From IMG/VR virus record IMGVR_UViG_3300034022_001261: 64,000 nucleotides of DNA; one strand, written 5' to 3'. Below, piece by piece: positions 30,401 to 37,806 of the stretch. The DNA comes from a virus. The translations under genes and the position numbers were made by a program. Position 1 is the first letter of the stretch. Each line of letters starts with the position of its first letter. Under the pieces are notes generated by a model that had not been told where the DNA came from, did not search any database, and saw only the letters and a list, made by a program, of their open reading frames with translations.

Positions 30401-33400
30401 TTTAGAAACACAATGTGGTCGGACCCTTATGCTAGAGCATGGCTAGTGCTAAAGCCAAACCGTAAAATGAGAGGTCATGATCAATGGGATTTTAATCCTG
30501 TTCTAAAAATATTTCAAGCTTACATAGATCCTAACTCCACCTATGGCAAAGATGCTCAAAAATTTAGAAAGTTACTTGCAGAAAATAGAGGAGAAGGTTC
30601 TAGTGCTACCAATATTGTTGGCAAAGCGGGAGAAGAGATAGATGGTTTCTGGGATGCAAATATTGGTCCACTTTTTACCGCTCTTGGGGACAGCTTGTCT
30701 GGCTTAATTAACTTATTTAGAATGTCAATGATGCAGTTGGGATACGGTCTTGGCCAAGTTGGTCAAATGTCAAAACAAGCTAACATATTAAACAAAGCTT
30801 TAAATGATTCGATTTATTATTCTTTGGGCAGACCTGGCTCTCTATTAAGAGCTGTAGATAATCCGTTCACAAGAGAATATGGTGAGCCAGTTGTAGAAAT
30901 CAGAGAACCATTCCAGAGGATGCATTACATTAGTTCTTTCTCGCACATCATATCTAATGGAATTCAGGAAAATATTTCTGGAGTTGCAACTAGTATCACT
31001 GCAGTATCGGATGGAAAATACCCAGTAACTGTAGCTATGGATAAATCTACTCCGTCTGAAAGGCAAGTAGAAAAAACAGTAGAAACTGGCTTGTATTACG
31101 ACAACGTAAGTGGGTCTGGTCTCTTCGGAGCTCTTCAACCAATACTTCATCCTTTTGAATTTGCTAGAGGCATTTCAAAGTTTGCTCAAGGAACTCCGGA
31201 TGAACTTTCTGCTAGAAGAGTAGCTCTAGCTCACCTTAAGGAATCTCTAAAAGATATATATGGTGGAGAGATTGTAGTAGTGGGAAATGCCGACATAAGA
31301 CCTCACGACCTTGTCTATCTAGCTGATGTTTATGAAAGAATGTATGGCATGTTTGAAGTAGAACAAGTAGTACATCACTTTACTTCTGAGCTTGGATTCA
31401 TTACTTCTATAACTCCTAACGCATTAGTTACAGTTAATGATCCATCTAGATGGTTCATGTCTTCATGGGTTGGCACTTGGTTTCATATGCAAGCCTTAAG
31501 AAATGATACTAGACTATATATGAACTCTTTAGGTTCTGGCGTTACCGCATCAGCCCAAGTAAGCGTAGATGGTTTGGCCTCATCATTGCAAACTCAAATG
31601 GTAGGCGGGATACAATACACCCATGGAGCATCATCGATAGCAAAAGATGCAATGGCGAGTTTTACTGCTGAAGGTTTTCAAGATATTAATGACAATGTAA
31701 GGACTATGGTTGCCAATAAGACTAATAACCCATCTGCTAAAGGTGGAGTGGGTTCAATGTTTGCGGCAATGACTGGTCTTGGAGCTGCTGCTACAGCGAT
31801 AGCAACCCTTGCAGTTCCTGGTAGTGGGGCATTGCTTGCTGGTGGTGCAGCCTTAATAGGAGGTAGTGCTGGTGGAGGCCTCGCCTGGAAGGGTTGGAGT
31901 TGGATTAGAGATAACGTTCTTGACCAACACGGATGTTATATACAATACTTGAATAAGAATGGTCAAGCTATGGACGCAGGACTTAATCAAAGCGGCCAAG
32001 GAATGGTAGTGGGAAGATATGCTACTAAGAAACTTCTTCCAGGAATATTAGGCGCATCAACTAAGGTGAGAACAGTTGAAGGATATGAATATATTAGAAC
32101 TGATGATCTTCTTAAGAATCTTGGATGGAGAGAAAAAGAAATAAATGATCTTACTAGATATATAAGCCTTGAGAACGCATTGGTTAATGCTCAGGTGTTG
32201 AAGTACTCTGGCATAGGACCAGAAAAAACAGGATTAAATAGATTTTTCAAAGTGATATGCAAAGTCAGTAAAGTAATTGACGGTGACACAATTGATGTTA
32301 TAGACATATTTGATAAGGCTGAGGTCCCATTTAGGGTTAGATTTGATGGAATAGATACACCTGAATTAGCTATCGTAAAATCTAATACTGACACTCTTCC
32401 TCCTAAGACTGTTAATGTAAAATCTATTAAAATTAAAAATAATATTATGTTTATTAAATTTGATTTAACACTTAAAGAATTTAGCGATTTAGTTGACAGC
32501 CCAAGTAATTACTTTCAAGGGTCTGATGAAAATGATGGTAAAACTGGGGATAAAGTTAGAATTTCAATTCCAAACTTTAATGGATCACCATTAATACTAG
32601 ATGGAACAATAGCAATTAATGGAAAGCAATATGAAACTATAAAAGATACTACTACAATTACTCCAAGTTTTACTAATGGCGTACAAAGATTTAAGCTATC
32701 TTCCAGTGCTGTTAATTCTGATTTTTATGTTGGATCTAGAGTTAAGATATATAACAAAAATTCTCCAGAAGTTAATTGGATGGAAGGAGTAGTAACTCAG
32801 GTAGATTCCAATCCAGCAGCTAATGATTATGGCATTTCTGTAAACGTAGATAATAAATCTGGAACTACTGCATCAGCAGTTTATGCTGTAAGTAATAGAC
32901 TCTTTTTAAATGGATATATAACAATCCCATATAGGCACGCAGATGTTCAAGAAAAAAATTATACTGGCAACGTAACAGTATATTCATATAAGTCTACTGA
33001 ATTTAAACTTAATACATCGCCAGGTGGAGCTTCAACATTGTTTACCTTAAATGCAATTAAAGACAAGGTAATAGTGTTAAGAGTTAATCCAGATACCAAA
33101 AAAATAACAGCAATAGTTGGCGAAGATGACTTCGAAGCCGGAGCCCAAAAGAATACTTATGTTTCCTATGGTAAGGATATTTATGGGTCAAGAGTATTGG
33201 GAACTATATTCTATAAAACTACTCAAAAAATAATAGATTCTTTAAGTTTAGAAATAAATAATTTATTTGTAAAAAACAAAACTTTATCAGATACAGATAT
33301 AAAAATTCAATTAAAAAACAGTTTCTACGATGGAGTGTTTCATGATAGATTTACTGAAATTTATGACGCAACATCAACAACGTCTTTAGTCGACTACTAC

Positions 33401-33688
33401 AAGTTATATGCAGCGAGCAAAACTAATTTTATAAGTACTACAAATGCAAGAATAAAGATATATAATACATATTTTGCAATGAGAGTAATCAGAGATATAT
33501 ATCAAAAAGTTTCAGATTGGCCAAATATAGCTTGGGATGAATACTATGATGATGGGACTCCAGCTTCTTTGAACTGGGAACTTGTGGTAAATAATTTAGC
33601 TAAAGTTTATACTTCCGGACTATTAGTAGAGCAGCCGTCAATAAATACATCAAGTGAAACTTTAGCAATAGGAAAAAACGGAGCATAA
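21473..33688 (+). CDS. Giant baseplate-hub polyprotein (4071 aa) with tube-like domains, a gp27/gpD-like hub and a C-terminal staphylococcal-nuclease domain
   Basis: Two tube/Dit-like segments (~22880-23370, ~24740-25110). Hub motifs RLKPGVRVHLRAGYG...VFNGVITQV...ITAQSD and YGGEIVVVGNADIRPHDLVYL...FEVEQVVHHF...GFITSITP. SNase motifs VIDGDT, RVRFDGIDTPE, DIYGSRVLG, LNWELVVNNLAKVY. Confidence 0.7.
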   Translation: MTSLNTQVTAFMKALDKAKYDAILADVTNLINIGQRALNEIKSIIQSDSSTAFKNKYNNINDENNLFFYTWKSLKNGYEGFNDGTNLKPGSPATITKIKAVYAKIKAIEDAGKGTPRYPVTEPRDGGIIVQVPSEVFVNIFIFDNVFATTKLNDVYGNKAITDYMFRVFLKKEAFDASDANIYVENAVRVTGVNNFVKVAYRDSFAGSLAALRAIKDKLQNYEPGAAEFVATPEADAVEDANSVVAESQFKNFMAEAGIGFDLRSEVATRYPGVLRDDPKLDKTKKSFYRIFAEDLNNIDDNNKYVKNIWNRIKLSGLLELALQVNSISDFARKRFSVGTNLTVGAKGTIANAIDPVRDTMWLNDLTNAITNLTRDPITLAVIQKYFPNLITLFFNAIAAAADYNPSAGSQDDPINNPDELARSLLRAFGTDKDGKPIFQAAWAIENTGQKIRKALEQFPFRENIPPKTPDIFHFRLGAANFYVPPISIEVNSQFKTGSLTGGAIRQKSSPKFNAGYKQTSINLKLFFPNYEEIWGITIDGIKEVKLTNDFKIDFKVGGESEEKIDKFLSSLRGLIAAFKYAPILPVKNHYLNTVHGITGVALSSMSISTIPNYPFAVVVDLELLNFNHKPFLPMIKDFNQAVHWGKYRHYMGKAAGSLHSYVNASFFMEKAVPDATTVTPASLSPGSANYSPGLTQDGLTISNSLTPVPPSDSNIENIYEPDLLTNPFTNDVFNTNVIKEWKNGNNISLFIPAQTQSKLFTPDTSSFRSIQEREMEDLGGSFWDARLKSLGIDINQSSKYHRDLDSVVETSIEGSVAPSARKLVLNAIELIVAGATSPLLSGPAKIVTIGDGTKTSFVIPHNFNTKNVSVTVIEAASPNGLIPTAWEATSNRSITVTFDSAPSANSLKVSIKESEYNERIYEYLVTSFVLENKNKLNQNEINYLRVVPAEKNKIPQHFTTRAQVYKFKNKNLILERQGQPNQSYNLQEVRILFEKSSKGTESYLDSLALQDATEKSLRTGLPISKFLEDSEKDIGRAFTVLFYNRFFKSGPMQDTLEKYRLSRSRSGDGGIFGNGVATFNEWEVPMIKVDLDPKSVIVNGVSVTLGNNLAKMQLQMQEEPTYQHIGGKDTYLNISMTIFGEKELIKIRNVFEHINGLARLEHAAGVIGFMGIKNIIAGLAGMKYVMPLSYEVNTIPNFPHVYDVKMSFVDFDIFQQQREQLSSKQQQEMVDTFKTKKNPFLRIKQLWGAFNAYPDFPLTIKDDQGEVVGCLDPDYYFRSFEMFDRDIINNITVQTEKNKDFIITPKQYNTASSSEQAKADVAIMNAIKDFVKNDKISELKKYFEEQGIGARESVSYVEGAIKQFFNNQKKQLIIDYIKEFPEIDGTVAIFGSEYEIGSNATGIELKAGDIVSSDQSKINELNSYLSGAKGTGDEDGYISFNPDNLGIHHVITLLPAQENTSEDKVPAIFTTAMGYHLGYMSKLNNKFYLTIDGVEVTKSESTGQIGYRPIPISHQDVDSPSKSYSPGQKTHTGVAGSTPADYADPYSNGSADKPEVMATKSKVPSTTKHWEKMLIDTQYRDISGRMLRAFPTYMLWLIDEGGYFAGVKLFDNFYGLQSIIDFSIVQSEDILGDTLMLRVSNLYSKLTTPASNSLFDKTDESYNDQVSTQDAMDSVIANVLNRSMNLQNHMDSTFVVDINNIRLKPGVRVHLRAGYGSNPNSLQTVFNGVITQVENGEIVTITAQSDAIELSPIVNSTNKKGDSGKIDGGINTGFWLSEPRDLMVRLLSMGSSRSREALAHATRGTIFSENKFGIRHFGSILYQPLNDLEQAKNDAVTASVKDAFESLGTGSGNLFGAGSVIGVLSSGTNDGEGSLNGIGPEIRVPGVSLMKTLWANFSTQRDFEIFKRNIYPGNGTGIAQFLGGDLGDGWSTIASLTPEDKPNERINYIGRATDVAWNNLTTAYGQGNQTATSVMDAYNVGNELRNSNGSASLTSGIISGGIVLAGVGVAALGAPVFGAAIGLTGVLSGRGGANIFNAMGITSGMDDDLPGLDEVSFRAQTYMRSVWDLFQTCARLLPNYIVAIRPFEDRSTVFYGKPHWLYTSGVVPLTAGFDTDQRAQNAGVNYPRMVDIDQNTQEIINSLNKESNPFADAEAFRNANQTLVPIDTILGAQGGTSGNIELYAPGKKLAGRLVAFGVASSIYYKKDGKVVSKLPSDSGYATVGYHLPITGNGTDIVVDLSKEQLAQHKQIDQLPYRYRFPFFTDREDGIVLEDYAYYALSNQLGKWNNHRADYMTLAVDDWAYGTVGAKKEETEWIKLLKLEASIFTGINTVDTTNTRNSNEVGIGLKFKLSATLSFNNELEDASAYIYSEKNKTTMGSENVIRMPYPDLRKNNAPVIDGADREYAIIGKTINRANNAASIMEWGSPMTALEEQFYIAMRWPYNPGEGLNDWSVENFKLIHNITDTYGSVQDYKSRKVLVYSPTTGIAVVCKPAYFLWGDKKVSILAPTVDSDAEDAGLRDGIDEFGNTVEPKTESGGSGGNALGLGLDVELDAIVSPDAAYFLGMLNLTANETTFWQDGDSSKSEDSWHGAETAIINAAKANIAPFPVPRKCLYAFVPDDTPLGVVPDVFLPSKEFERPTDLSELVKPKKIIGFGSFKGNKSIINPNFINGKESYQFTFDKTTSDYTTAIEVMGSAKLAGNIMGKEGLSTGGYFDLVKKNKYTELSRDSLKAILDKETADSGEGKEAIGRKRFVGVYTETDMVSIDARKLYDEDFDQSVSVLAGDGRTLQQAADIWDQFRLGYHTYTNVKEAFQNAYGLDPDSEEKLIDLGSLGAAIGTDTPPPDSGANTTSASSIFKKYGDTGDSADDEFTAVFGEDFFATTTVSSVERSRGLTGINGDKIKQALDLSRQKFIDGSIENDGLIEYFNDLVTSKVEGIKSIISDGIKLAGVDPEDYLGTVETPKQLFLYLVGAFRNTMWSDPYARAWLVLKPNRKMRGHDQWDFNPVLKIFQAYIDPNSTYGKDAQKFRKLLAENRGEGSSATNIVGKAGEEIDGFWDANIGPLFTALGDSLSGLINLFRMSMMQLGYGLGQVGQMSKQANILNKALNDSIYYSLGRPGSLLRAVDNPFTREYGEPVVEIREPFQRMHYISSFSHIISNGIQENISGVATSITAVSDGKYPVTVAMDKSTPSERQVEKTVETGLYYDNVSGSGLFGALQPILHPFEFARGISKFAQGTPDELSARRVALAHLKESLKDIYGGEIVVVGNADIRPHDLVYLADVYERMYGMFEVEQVVHHFTSELGFITSITPNALVTVNDPSRWFMSSWVGTWFHMQALRNDTRLYMNSLGSGVTASAQVSVDGLASSLQTQMVGGIQYTHGASSIAKDAMASFTAEGFQDINDNVRTMVANKTNNPSAKGGVGSMFAAMTGLGAAATAIATLAVPGSGALLAGGAALIGGSAGGGLAWKGWSWIRDNVLDQHGCYIQYLNKNGQAMDAGLNQSGQGMVVGRYATKKLLPGILGASTKVRTVEGYEYIRTDDLLKNLGWREKEINDLTRYISLENALVNAQVLKYSGIGPEKTGLNRFFKVICKVSKVIDGDTIDVIDIFDKAEVPFRVRFDGIDTPELAIVKSNTDTLPPKTVNVKSIKIKNNIMFIKFDLTLKEFSDLVDSPSNYFQGSDENDGKTGDKVRISIPNFNGSPLILDGTIAINGKQYETIKDTTTITPSFTNGVQRFKLSSSAVNSDFYVGSRVKIYNKNSPEVNWMEGVVTQVDSNPAANDYGISVNVDNKSGTTASAVYAVSNRLFLNGYITIPYRHADVQEKNYTGNVTVYSYKSTEFKLNTSPGGASTLFTLNAIKDKVIVLRVNPDTKKITAIVGEDDFEAGAQKNTYVSYGKDIYGSRVLGTIFYKTTQKIIDSLSLEINNLFVKNKTLSDTDIKIQLKNSFYDGVFHDRFTEIYDATSTTSLVDYYKLYAASKTNFISTTNARIKIYNTYFAMRVIRDIYQKVSDWPNIAWDEYYDDGTPASLNWELVVNNLAKVYTSGLLVEQPSINTSSETLAIGKNGA

Positions 33689-33691
33689 AAA

Positions 33692-36395
33692 ATGGATGAT
33701 TTAAAATTTAATGTAGATGACTTGGCTGACTCATCTACAATAACTAAAAAAGTAGCAGAAAGTTTTTATCCAACTGGAGAACCATTAAAAACTTCCTATT
33801 CCCAAGACCCTAATGCAGCAAGCAGGCATCTGACTCAAAGGGACTTGCAAAGCATATTAGGTGGAGACGCATTATATAGAAGCCCAAACTTTGCCCTACA
33901 GATAAGTCAAAAAAATACAGAATCAAGCATTGCCTCAATACTAGCAGCCAACCCAGGAACTGATGCATCAGGGAAGGGCATTGTTATATCAGACCCAAAT
34001 TCACAAAATGCCAATGCAACCCTAACTCGGATCTACTGCCTTTAGCCAAATAGTGGCTAGTGGGTCCTTGGGCAAACAAGGCCTAGGTTATAACCTGCCC
34101 AACGTTCTTACCGACTTATCCAATAGCGTTGGCCCAGATGGAGCTCCGCATAGCGATACGGTTGGTAGCTTTAACCCGACTACAGCAGCATCTGGTGCAG
34201 GTAGAGCAGTTACAATAGCAAGTCAATTAACTCCCGAAGAAAAAACTATTTTTGAGGAAAGAATGAAACAGGTAGTTTCAACTGGCATTGTCAGTGATAT
34301 TAATCAACTAGCTTTTACTTTTAGGGCAACTGACTCAGCAAAAATACCTTCTACTTCAAAAATATACCTTACGGCATCTAGAGGGGTTAATAACAATAAT
34401 AACCCGATATTGAATACTGATCAAAGCTATTGGACGGGGATTGACGGTAAAGTAGCCTACACTTGTGCTTCAATGGTAGAGCTCTTACTCTGCCTTGGGT
34501 CCAGTGGGTCGGGGCTATATGTAAAAGGTAGCTTGGGTGCTACTAATGGTTTTACTGGTGCAGCTCAAGGAAACATGTTGGATCAGGGTACTGTATCTGA
34601 CCATACATTTGGTAGAGCTTTTGACATAACTATGGTAGGAAGGTCTAGCTCAGATGCAGTTAGTCTTGCTGGTAAGAACGTAGATGTTTACAGAACTGCA
34701 TTAAACCTAATATTAGCTAAGCTTAAGACAGTCCCAGAGTATCTTCATCCTGATTTAATAGTGATTCACGATCAACTTATGACTGAGTATGGGATAGGCA
34801 ATGGCTTTGAAGGTGATTTTGCAAGCACTAATGCTGCATTAATAATAAAAAATTACCCTGAGTTAGTTAGAATAAATTTTTCCGGAGATGCAGGACATAG
34901 GGATCATATACATATGTCATTTGGCCCAGCAAGAGCTGGCTCTTATGAAGACTGGGTAGATTCAGATGAAGGTTCATCAGGTGAAGGTGATCCAGATGCT
35001 GGTGACCCTCCTGCTGGAGATGCCGGTGATATCTCCGAGCTTGGCCAAAGCTACGCTCAAGGGCCAACATCAACACATGCATTGAAGAATAAGAACGCAC
35101 TCTACAAAGCATTAGTAACATATGGTGGATACAGTGCAGCAGCAGCTGCAATATGGATGTGCATAGCGGAAAGAGAAAGTAATTTTAGCCCTGGCGGATT
35201 CAATGGCCTAGTTAACGACAGTTCCGGTACGCCAAAGGGCACTAGTGATTATTCAATTGGTCTTTGGCAAGTAAACTTTTTAGGAATTCCAAGTCTATTG
35301 ACTAAAGCCTTAACTTTAGTTAGCTTAGATTCAACAAACACAAAATTAGTAAAAGTACTTGGTCGTGGTTATAAATTAATCGACAAAGATTGGGAAGCAA
35401 ATGGGACGAAAGATCAAACTACTGCAATAGCAAAAATGAAAGAATGGTATAAGGTTAATCCTAAAAAGCCAGATGATTATGGTATTAGTGAAGGAAAGTT
35501 GCATTCTGACCCAAGATTATGGAATGCCCTAACCCAAATATTCTTGTTGTCAGAATTAACCGCCAAAAGAAAAGATATGTGGATGTGGTGGAACTGGGGA
35601 GAATATGGGACAGAAGGAAAAGTTGGAGAAGCGTACAGTGCAAGCAAAAGACCACCAGCAGGGTGGCTAAGGGGGCTTAAGTTCCAAACAGCGGTAAACT
35701 ATTATCTAGCCAATAATCCAGGGAAAACAGCGGAAGACCTTAAGTCTTGGGTAAAGAAAAAGGGAACAGACAAGAATCTTAGATCCAGTAAAGAATTTTT
35801 AGACCAATGGTTAGCAGGGTATGTATTTAAAACTAACGGTGACATATCGACAGTACCAGAAACAGCTGCTGGAGGGATTCCAACATTTACTAAAACACAA
35901 ATTAAAGAAGCTGCAATTTGGTTAAGGACTAATAGGTTAGATCCATGGGAGGCAAGGACTGGTAATGCCTTTGGCTGCGAGGCTTTTGCTAGTAGGCTCG
36001 GTGCTGGAATTGGTTTATTTGGTCCAGTCAAAAGAGATTTGTTTACAAAAGAATGGGATAGGAAAGATGGAGATAAAAGACCATCTAGCAATCTGACTTC
36101 ACATGATACTGCGCAATCGCATTACGAATCAATAAAAGATCGTACATCCTTTTGTAAACCAGGTACATTATATGGGGACAATCCTCCAGCTGGGTATTTA
36201 GTATTTTGGACCGGTGGCACTGGGGGTAATAGTAACTATGGTCACGTAGCTATTTCGTTAGGCGATAAAACTTTTATAGATCAACACGTCACCAATTCAC
36301 CCACACCCACAACGGCAACTACACCTAAACCATTAGGTGGTCAGATTTGGCCTGGAAGTAATTATACATATGTCGGATCTTCTCCGGTTTGGTAA
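33692..36395 (+). CDS. Tail-associated peptidoglycan hydrolase (M15-type Zn peptidase + SLT/lysozyme-like + CHAP/NlpC-P60), ~900 aa, apparent +1 frameshift at 34028
   Basis: The two track ORFs (33692-34045, 34053-36395) join by skipping C34028 (...ATLT-GSTAFSQIVASG...). Motifs: H-x6-D (SDHTFGRAFD) with DHIH; RESNF...GLWQVN; GCEAF...PPAGYLVFW...YGHVAISLG. Confidence 0.7.
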
Positions 36396-36405
36396 AGGAA
36401 ATATA

Positions 36406-36769
36406 ATGGCTATAAATTATCCAAAATTTGATAAAAAAATAGATGAGCAAATTCAGTCAGCCCACATGCAGAGAGCTAAGACTAGAATGGGAACTATTGC
36501 TCAGTACGATAAGCATGCAAACACTGCGGTAATTATACTAGAATCAAATTACTCAGATACTATTGGTGGTATAATTAAGAACGTATCTTGCCCAATAGTA
36601 TACCGGACTTCAAATGGTTAGCCCAGAACCAGGCGATAGATGTATTGTAGGGTTTAAAGATGACAATGAAAGATATGCATACATAGTCACCTTTATAAAT
36701 GATTTTTATAATGGCAGGACTACAAATATGAATATAGCAAACACCGGCATACCTAGGTTTATGATTTAA
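36406..36769 (+). CDS. Baseplate spike/gpV-like OB-fold protein, ~120 aa, apparent +1 frameshift at 36604
   Basis: ATG 36406 after an AAGGA SD. Reads MAINYPKFD...RMGTIAQYD...TAVIILE...IKNVSCPIVY; skipping C36604 gives GLQMVSPEPGDRCIVGFKDDNERYAYIV...GIPRFMI*. The P-x-x-G-D-x-V-x-V-x-F pattern is typical of gp5/gpV N-terminal OB domains. Confidence 0.65.
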
Positions 36770-36770
36770 A

Positions 36771-37433
36771 ATGGCAGTTAATAAAGATATATTAAATAAT
36801 GCAGAAACTGGAAACCCAGGTTATTTTGATGAAGCTCTTGAGCTGGAGAAAAGAAGCACTTTCTCCAGAAGAGAAGTTGGATTAACCCATCCAGATACTT
36901 CCTCTTTTATTAAATTAAATGACAAAGGTGAAATTGAAATATTTGCCGGAGAAGAAATAGGGATAATAATAAGCCCATCTACTGGAACAATATCTTTATT
37001 TGCAGATATTGTTAAAGTATATACCAAAGAGGATTCTGGTTTTAGATGGAATAATAAGAGTTTAAATTACGCCGGCGACTCATATAATGAGCCATCTTTG
37101 GTTACTACTGAGATTAAGGAAATAAACTCCGGCTTTAATTATGCAGACTATTACCTAAGTGCAGTAGATCAATTTGACCAGACAGATAATTCTAATAATA
37201 ACATAGTTACTATAAATGGAGAATTTGCCTTTAGGCCCAACAAGCCTGACACCTTCAATACAGGTATACCTAGCAATAGTCCAAGTACTATAAGTAAGAA
37301 CGACCAGGATCTACTAAGGGATTATGCCCTGACAAATAGTCAGGATAAATTAAATTATATGAAAACATTAATAGAATCTGGTTTTACATTTAATCAAGCT
37401 GCGGAAAAAACTTTAAGGGATAAAGGTGTCTGA
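36771..37433 (+). CDS. Putative spike/puncturing protein (gp5-C-like short beta repeats)
   Basis: HPDTSSFIKLNDKGEIEIFAGEEIGIIISPSTGTISLFADIVKV resembles beta-helix/beta-prism spike repeats. Sits between the OB-fold gene and the gp25-like gene. Confidence 0.4.
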   Translation: MAVNKDILNNAETGNPGYFDEALELEKRSTFSRREVGLTHPDTSSFIKLNDKGEIEIFAGEEIGIIISPSTGTISLFADIVKVYTKEDSGFRWNNKSLNYAGDSYNEPSLVTTEIKEINSGFNYADYYLSAVDQFDQTDNSNNNIVTINGEFAFRPNKPDTFNTGIPSNSPSTISKNDQDLLRDYALTNSQDKLNYMKTLIESGFTFNQAAEKTLRDKGV

Positions 37434-37806
37434 TTTATTTTTAACTCTCGATGGGGACTTAGCCATCAATGGCAATAGAGATATTGGAGTTGTCCAGTCC
37501 TCTAAGCAGAATGATGTTCAACAAATCTACATTAGGCTGATGACAGAACCAGGTGATTTCTACGCTTATCCAAGTCTTGGAGTTGATTTATCCAGGCTTT
37601 ACGGAATGCCCCAATCTGCCGAAACTGGAGAGCTTGGAAAAGAATTAATTCGCACTGCCCTAGAAAGAGAAAATATTTTTAGAGGAAAAAACATATCTAT
37701 CAACGCCGTACCTATAAGTAATGATGTTATTAGATTCGATGTGCACATATTGAGTGGATCAAACCAACCAGTAACTCTTAGCATAAAACAAAACTTGGGA
37801 GCATAA
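37426..37806 (+). CDS. Baseplate wedge/sheath initiator, gp25-like (GTG start)
   Basis: SDLFLTLDGDL...QQIYIRLMTEPGDFYAYPSLGVDL...IRTALERE is the gp25/DUF2634 pattern. Directly precedes baseplate J. Confidence 0.75.
   Translation: MSDLFLTLDGDLAINGNRDIGVVQSSKQNDVQQIYIRLMTEPGDFYAYPSLGVDLSRLYGMPQSAETGELGKELIRTALERENIFRGKNISINAVPISNDVIRFDVHILSGSNQPVTLSIKQNLGA

Noticed and set aside
36337-36405. Track start of the spike ORF at 36337
   Set aside because: It overlaps the lysin end. ATG 36406 has an AAGGA SD and gives a sensible N-terminus.
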